In this document: piece after piece, positions 60,669 through 64,000 of the stretch
Numbering within the stretch: the first letter of the stretch is position 1
Layout of the letters: every line of letters starts with the position of its first letter
Assembly: GCA_905178155.1 (NCBI GenBank)
Contig: CAJINV010000004.1
Coordinates: forward strand, 1,580,784-1,644,783
From: Amoebophrya sp. A120
Taxonomy: Eukaryota > Protista > Dinoflagellata
Direction of reading: 5' to 3'
Length of the DNA: 64,000 nucleotides
Program-made: the position numbers and the translations under genes
The notes under the pieces: generated by a model
The model's input: only the letters and a program-made list of their open reading frames with translations
What the model was told of the DNA's origin: nothing
Databases searched by the model: none

Positions 60669-62144
60669 ATGTTGCAAAGCACGACGCAGAACCTCCCAAA
60701 CCGGCTCCGGGACCGGGACCGGGTGCTAGCTGAACTTGGGCTGCCGGAGTTCCTGAAACCAGAGGACTTCTACCTTTCCTCAGCGGCTTCTACTTCCACT
60801 AGAGATTTTTGTTCCACTTCCAGCCGCCCAAAGAACTCTCGCGCTCGTTTCTCGCTCTACCTGCAATGCGGCGACTTCGACATAGACCTAAGAACCATGA
60901 AAGAGACTCCGAAGACACTGGTGTCCGAGAAAGGCTACCGCCGCATTGTTTTCGGTGACCACGTATGGATTGCAAAAATGTCTGGGTCTGGAAGATTGTC
61001 AGACTTGTCATGCAGGTTTTCCATGATCCATGAAGTCTGGCATGTAGGACATGGCTGCATGACAGAGTCTGCGAGACCTTTCTAATGCCTATCCTGCGTG
61101 AGAAACTGCCTCTCGATTAGGTCAAAAGTGCACAACTTTTGGCGATCATGCAGCACAGTTTTTTGCCTGATTCAGATTTAGCATGACAAGTTCCATCCTC
61201 CCAGACCTAGACGTATTTGCATTTGATACCACGGGCCCTATCTGGAATTCACGGCGGAGCAGATCCATCTCCCGAGCTTTCCCTTCGTCCGCCGGAAGCC
61301 ACACCACGCTTTCTACGATGAGCACTGGTTTATGCAAGACAAGTTCCTGAAGTCCTGCTTATTTTTGTCGAATCGTGAGAAGAACAAAAGTGTTGAGAGG
61401 ACCTCCGCATCAAGGTCTTCTGGAACAAGAAAAGCGACTCAGAATGATCTGACGGACGCGGAGTGGGCCGCGATTGACGATCACGCAGCAAAGGCTATTG
61501 CAGCGGAAGAAATTATGCGACCAGACACTGTACGACCCGCAGACCGGCGCGTGGTCGCACTATCGCCTCCAAGGTCGTTTTTAATACGCGAGCGCGAGTT
61601 TGCCTACCTCTACGCACAGAAACGGACCGTGGCGAGCAAGCCGAATCCCCCGCACACCGGGAAGTTTTGGTGCGACAACGACAGACCAGAAGGGTATGCC
61701 GATTATCAGGTGGGGTTTTTCTACCTAGAGTGCTCGAAGGAGGTGGTGTTGGTATTGAGGGATGAAGTTCATTTTGAAACTAAGAATAAGAATCAGAATG
61801 AGCATCCAGATCCACATACGCATCTTGATCATGTGGTGGAAGATCAACATATCAGCACCAACGCACAGTCATCTGCTTCGACTGCGACTTTCTTGACGCA
61901 AGAGCAGCTTCAAGAACAACAACAATGCTCATACGGTTCCGCTGAAAGTAGAACAAAGACTGCCACAGAAACGGTGGTGAAGAGTGGAGAAGATATGCCG
62001 AGAAAAGAAAAGCGTTCCAGATGGAACCGTGGCAAAGAAAAATCCGTCCTCCGGCATAGTGGCTGTGAGAAGTCCGCTGTGCGCCAAAGCGCGGGGTCTT
62101 TAGACAAGTTGCAGCTCTACTCCCTTGGCTTGCGGGGGCCGTAG
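60669..62144 (+). CDS. Hypothetical protein with GYRRIVFGDHGPYLEF...LYAQKRTV...YADYQVGFFY motifs
   Basis: Two ORFs join in frame across introner 60964-61228 (GDH|GPYLEF). Confidence 0.75.
60964..61228. mobile_element. Introner, family A
   Basis: TIRs; DR ccacg. Confidence 0.93.
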
Positions 62145-62847
62145 TACGCTGTCATCTTCGCTCAGCTCGTCTTGGAAAGATTCTTGGAAAGATACTTACT
62201 CATTCTGTCGCACAGACTAGCAGACTTCCTTCGCACTATGCGATTGCGCTTATCGTGTCTATGTCCCTGGAGGAAAACAAGTCGAGTTTTCGTGGCGGAT
62301 CCATTTTCTGATCGTATTGCTGAAAATAAAACATCACTGGAAGAGTTTCAATAAGCTTCTACCAGCCGTAGCTAGCATGCTGCTGTTTGTAGTTTTTAGA
62401 CTATAAAGAATGAAGTGTCATTAGTGAAACTCTCTCGCTCGGGTCGTCGTGTATGCAGTCGCTGTCGCACCTAGTATGTAGGTAGTTCGTCTTGAGTTCT
62501 TTAAATTTCAATTGAGGAATATAATTCATACATCATCAATTTCAATTAATACCGTCGTGCCCGTCGTACAGCAAGAAGATTCGGAAAAGGCATGGGACCG
62601 ACAGGGTCAGGGACCAACTCGTGCTTCTCTATTATGGGTATACTCCGTGTGAGCTGCAACTTTCCCACGATAAAATAAAGCTCCTCAAGTAGTAGTTGTC
62701 CGCATAATTTCATGTATTACTTCCACAAGGACGGTTCTTCGAGGAAAGTTGAGAATTCTGTGGTTTTTGTTGAAAAAGTATCGTAAAGTTAAACTGAAAA
62801 GCAAAATTTCCTTCGATCAGATTTTCTAATTCTATATCTCGTCAAAA

Positions 62848-64000
62848 ATGCCTTCCCTAGCGTCGTCCCAGCCACCTGCCACCGGGGTCGTGGTAGGTTC
62901 TGAGCCATCTTCACACAACAAGGTCGTGCTCACCATGGACAGCCAGCTGCTGGCTGCGTTTCTGAATTCCCGGCACGTCGAGCAGGACCGAGCTGTACCC
63001 CTCTGTTACACCACTGCTGCGGCCTACGTGGCGAAGCTCGACGCGTCGGCAAAACTGACCGACTGCAGCACTATCAAACGTCGCTTCCGGTTCCTGTTAC
63101 CCGCCTTGCTGCCCCTCCTTGATGTCGGAAATAAAAACCGAAAGAATGACGAGAAAAATAAATCGGAGAAAGGATCATCTTCGACTGGTCAAAATGGTGG
63201 AAAAGCTGCCGATAATTATCTCAGCAAAAATAAAGAGCCACCTCGTCGCCCATTTTTCCCCGGTACCCATCCTCTCGGCCTGTGGCATGCGCACTTGGAT
63301 AGCGAGGTTTCGCGCGCCGTGCAGCGGATGGCCTGTGACGCGGAGCGGCCGGGGATTTTGGAGGCCCTGTTGTTTCTACGGACCGCGGTGGACCACAGTC
63401 GTTTCAGTCGGCGGGAGCAGGACAATCATGATCATACTGATAAAAATGATAAAAAGAACTACGAAAATAACAAGACTTTATCCCACTTCATCCTCTACGC
63501 GAAGCAAGTTTTGCAACTTCTGGAGCAGGAGCGGAGGCTGTTCGATCTGTTAACGAGAAAGATCGTCTTGCCAGAGTTGGTTCGGTTGCACCTGCAGAAG
63601 GCGGTTGGGATTGTGGTGAAGCAAGGTGACCTTTACAAGGCGGAACCGGAAAAAAGAAGGGAGGTCGAGGTGGTGCTGGTGCAAAAAATGATCCCGTCAA
63701 GTAGTTCTATAGCAGGTGGAGTAGGAGTAAAAAGTAAAAGAGCAGCAAAACTACCTGTTGCTGGGCAGCAGCATCAGAAATCATCTTCCTCGTCGTCCCC
63801 ACGAGCTCACCTGGATTTCCAGTATCTGACGAAGGTGCAGCTGGAATACAAGCCGAATCTGGACACCGTCTCCGCTATGCGGGCCGAGATCGTGCGACAA
63901 CTATCGGAAACATTCAGCTCGGATGTGCTGGCAGTGGTAGGCTTTGTCTTGGACGAGCAGAATAGAGAACAAGACGTTCTTTCTACAAGCATAGACGGAA
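62848..64000 (+). CDS. Hypothetical protein, runs off the window end
   Basis: ATG at 62848 (MPSLASSQPP...); no in-frame stop seen before 64000. Confidence 0.6.
   Translation, partial: MPSLASSQPPATGVVVGSEPSSHNKVVLTMDSQLLAAFLNSRHVEQDRAVPLCYTTAAAYVAKLDASAKLTDCSTIKRRFRFLLPALLPLLDVGNKNRKNDEKNKSEKGSSSTGQNGGKAADNYLSKNKEPPRRPFFPGTHPLGLWHAHLDSEVSRAVQRMACDAERPGILEALLFLRTAVDHSRFSRREQDNHDHTDKNDKKNYENNKTLSHFILYAKQVLQLLEQERRLFDLLTRKIVLPELVRLHLQKAVGIVVKQGDLYKAEPEKRREVEVVLVQKMIPSSSSIAGGVGVKSKRAAKLPVAGQQHQKSSSSSSPRAHLDFQYLTKVQLEYKPNLDTVSAMRAEIVRQLSETFSSDVLAVVGFVLDEQNREQDVLSTSIDG

Noticed and set aside
219-61228. Many short ORFs sharing MSGSG, PDPDIF, QTQTF, KNVPTP or GGGIF peptides
   Set aside because: These are translations of introner TIRs, not a protein family

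Overview
Eukaryotic, gene-dense protist DNA. The intron architecture best matches the parasitic dinoflagellate Amoebophrya (Syndiniales); this is an inference from the sequence, not a database match. About ten genes are present, nearly all on the + strand: a WD40 protein, an SnoaL/NTF2-like protein, an ER-type DnaJ/Hsp40, a ZRANB2-like zinc-finger protein, a CPA1 Na+/H+ exchanger and several hypotheticals. They are interrupted by about 50 non-autonomous TIR elements ('introners', 115-365 bp, 5'-TAT...ATA-3', 5-bp direct repeats) from at least ten end families. Removing an element plus one direct-repeat copy restores the reading frame, usually without GT-AG ends. Less expected points: (i) unrelated families share an end grammar (TAT-N7-A-tract) and an internal TGTNATGC motif; (ii) near-identical elements occur in both orientations; (iii) TIRs have decayed where the duplication happens to supply GT-AG; (iv) a second, TIR-less class of 1-5 kb insertions is flanked by 39-71 bp target duplications with stuttered junctions. 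Two of these carry a third internal copy of the target and have cargo that includes a structured 99-bp triple repeat and a large palindrome. No transposase, reverse transcriptase, rRNA, tRNA or CRISPR array was seen. All coordinates were read by eye.
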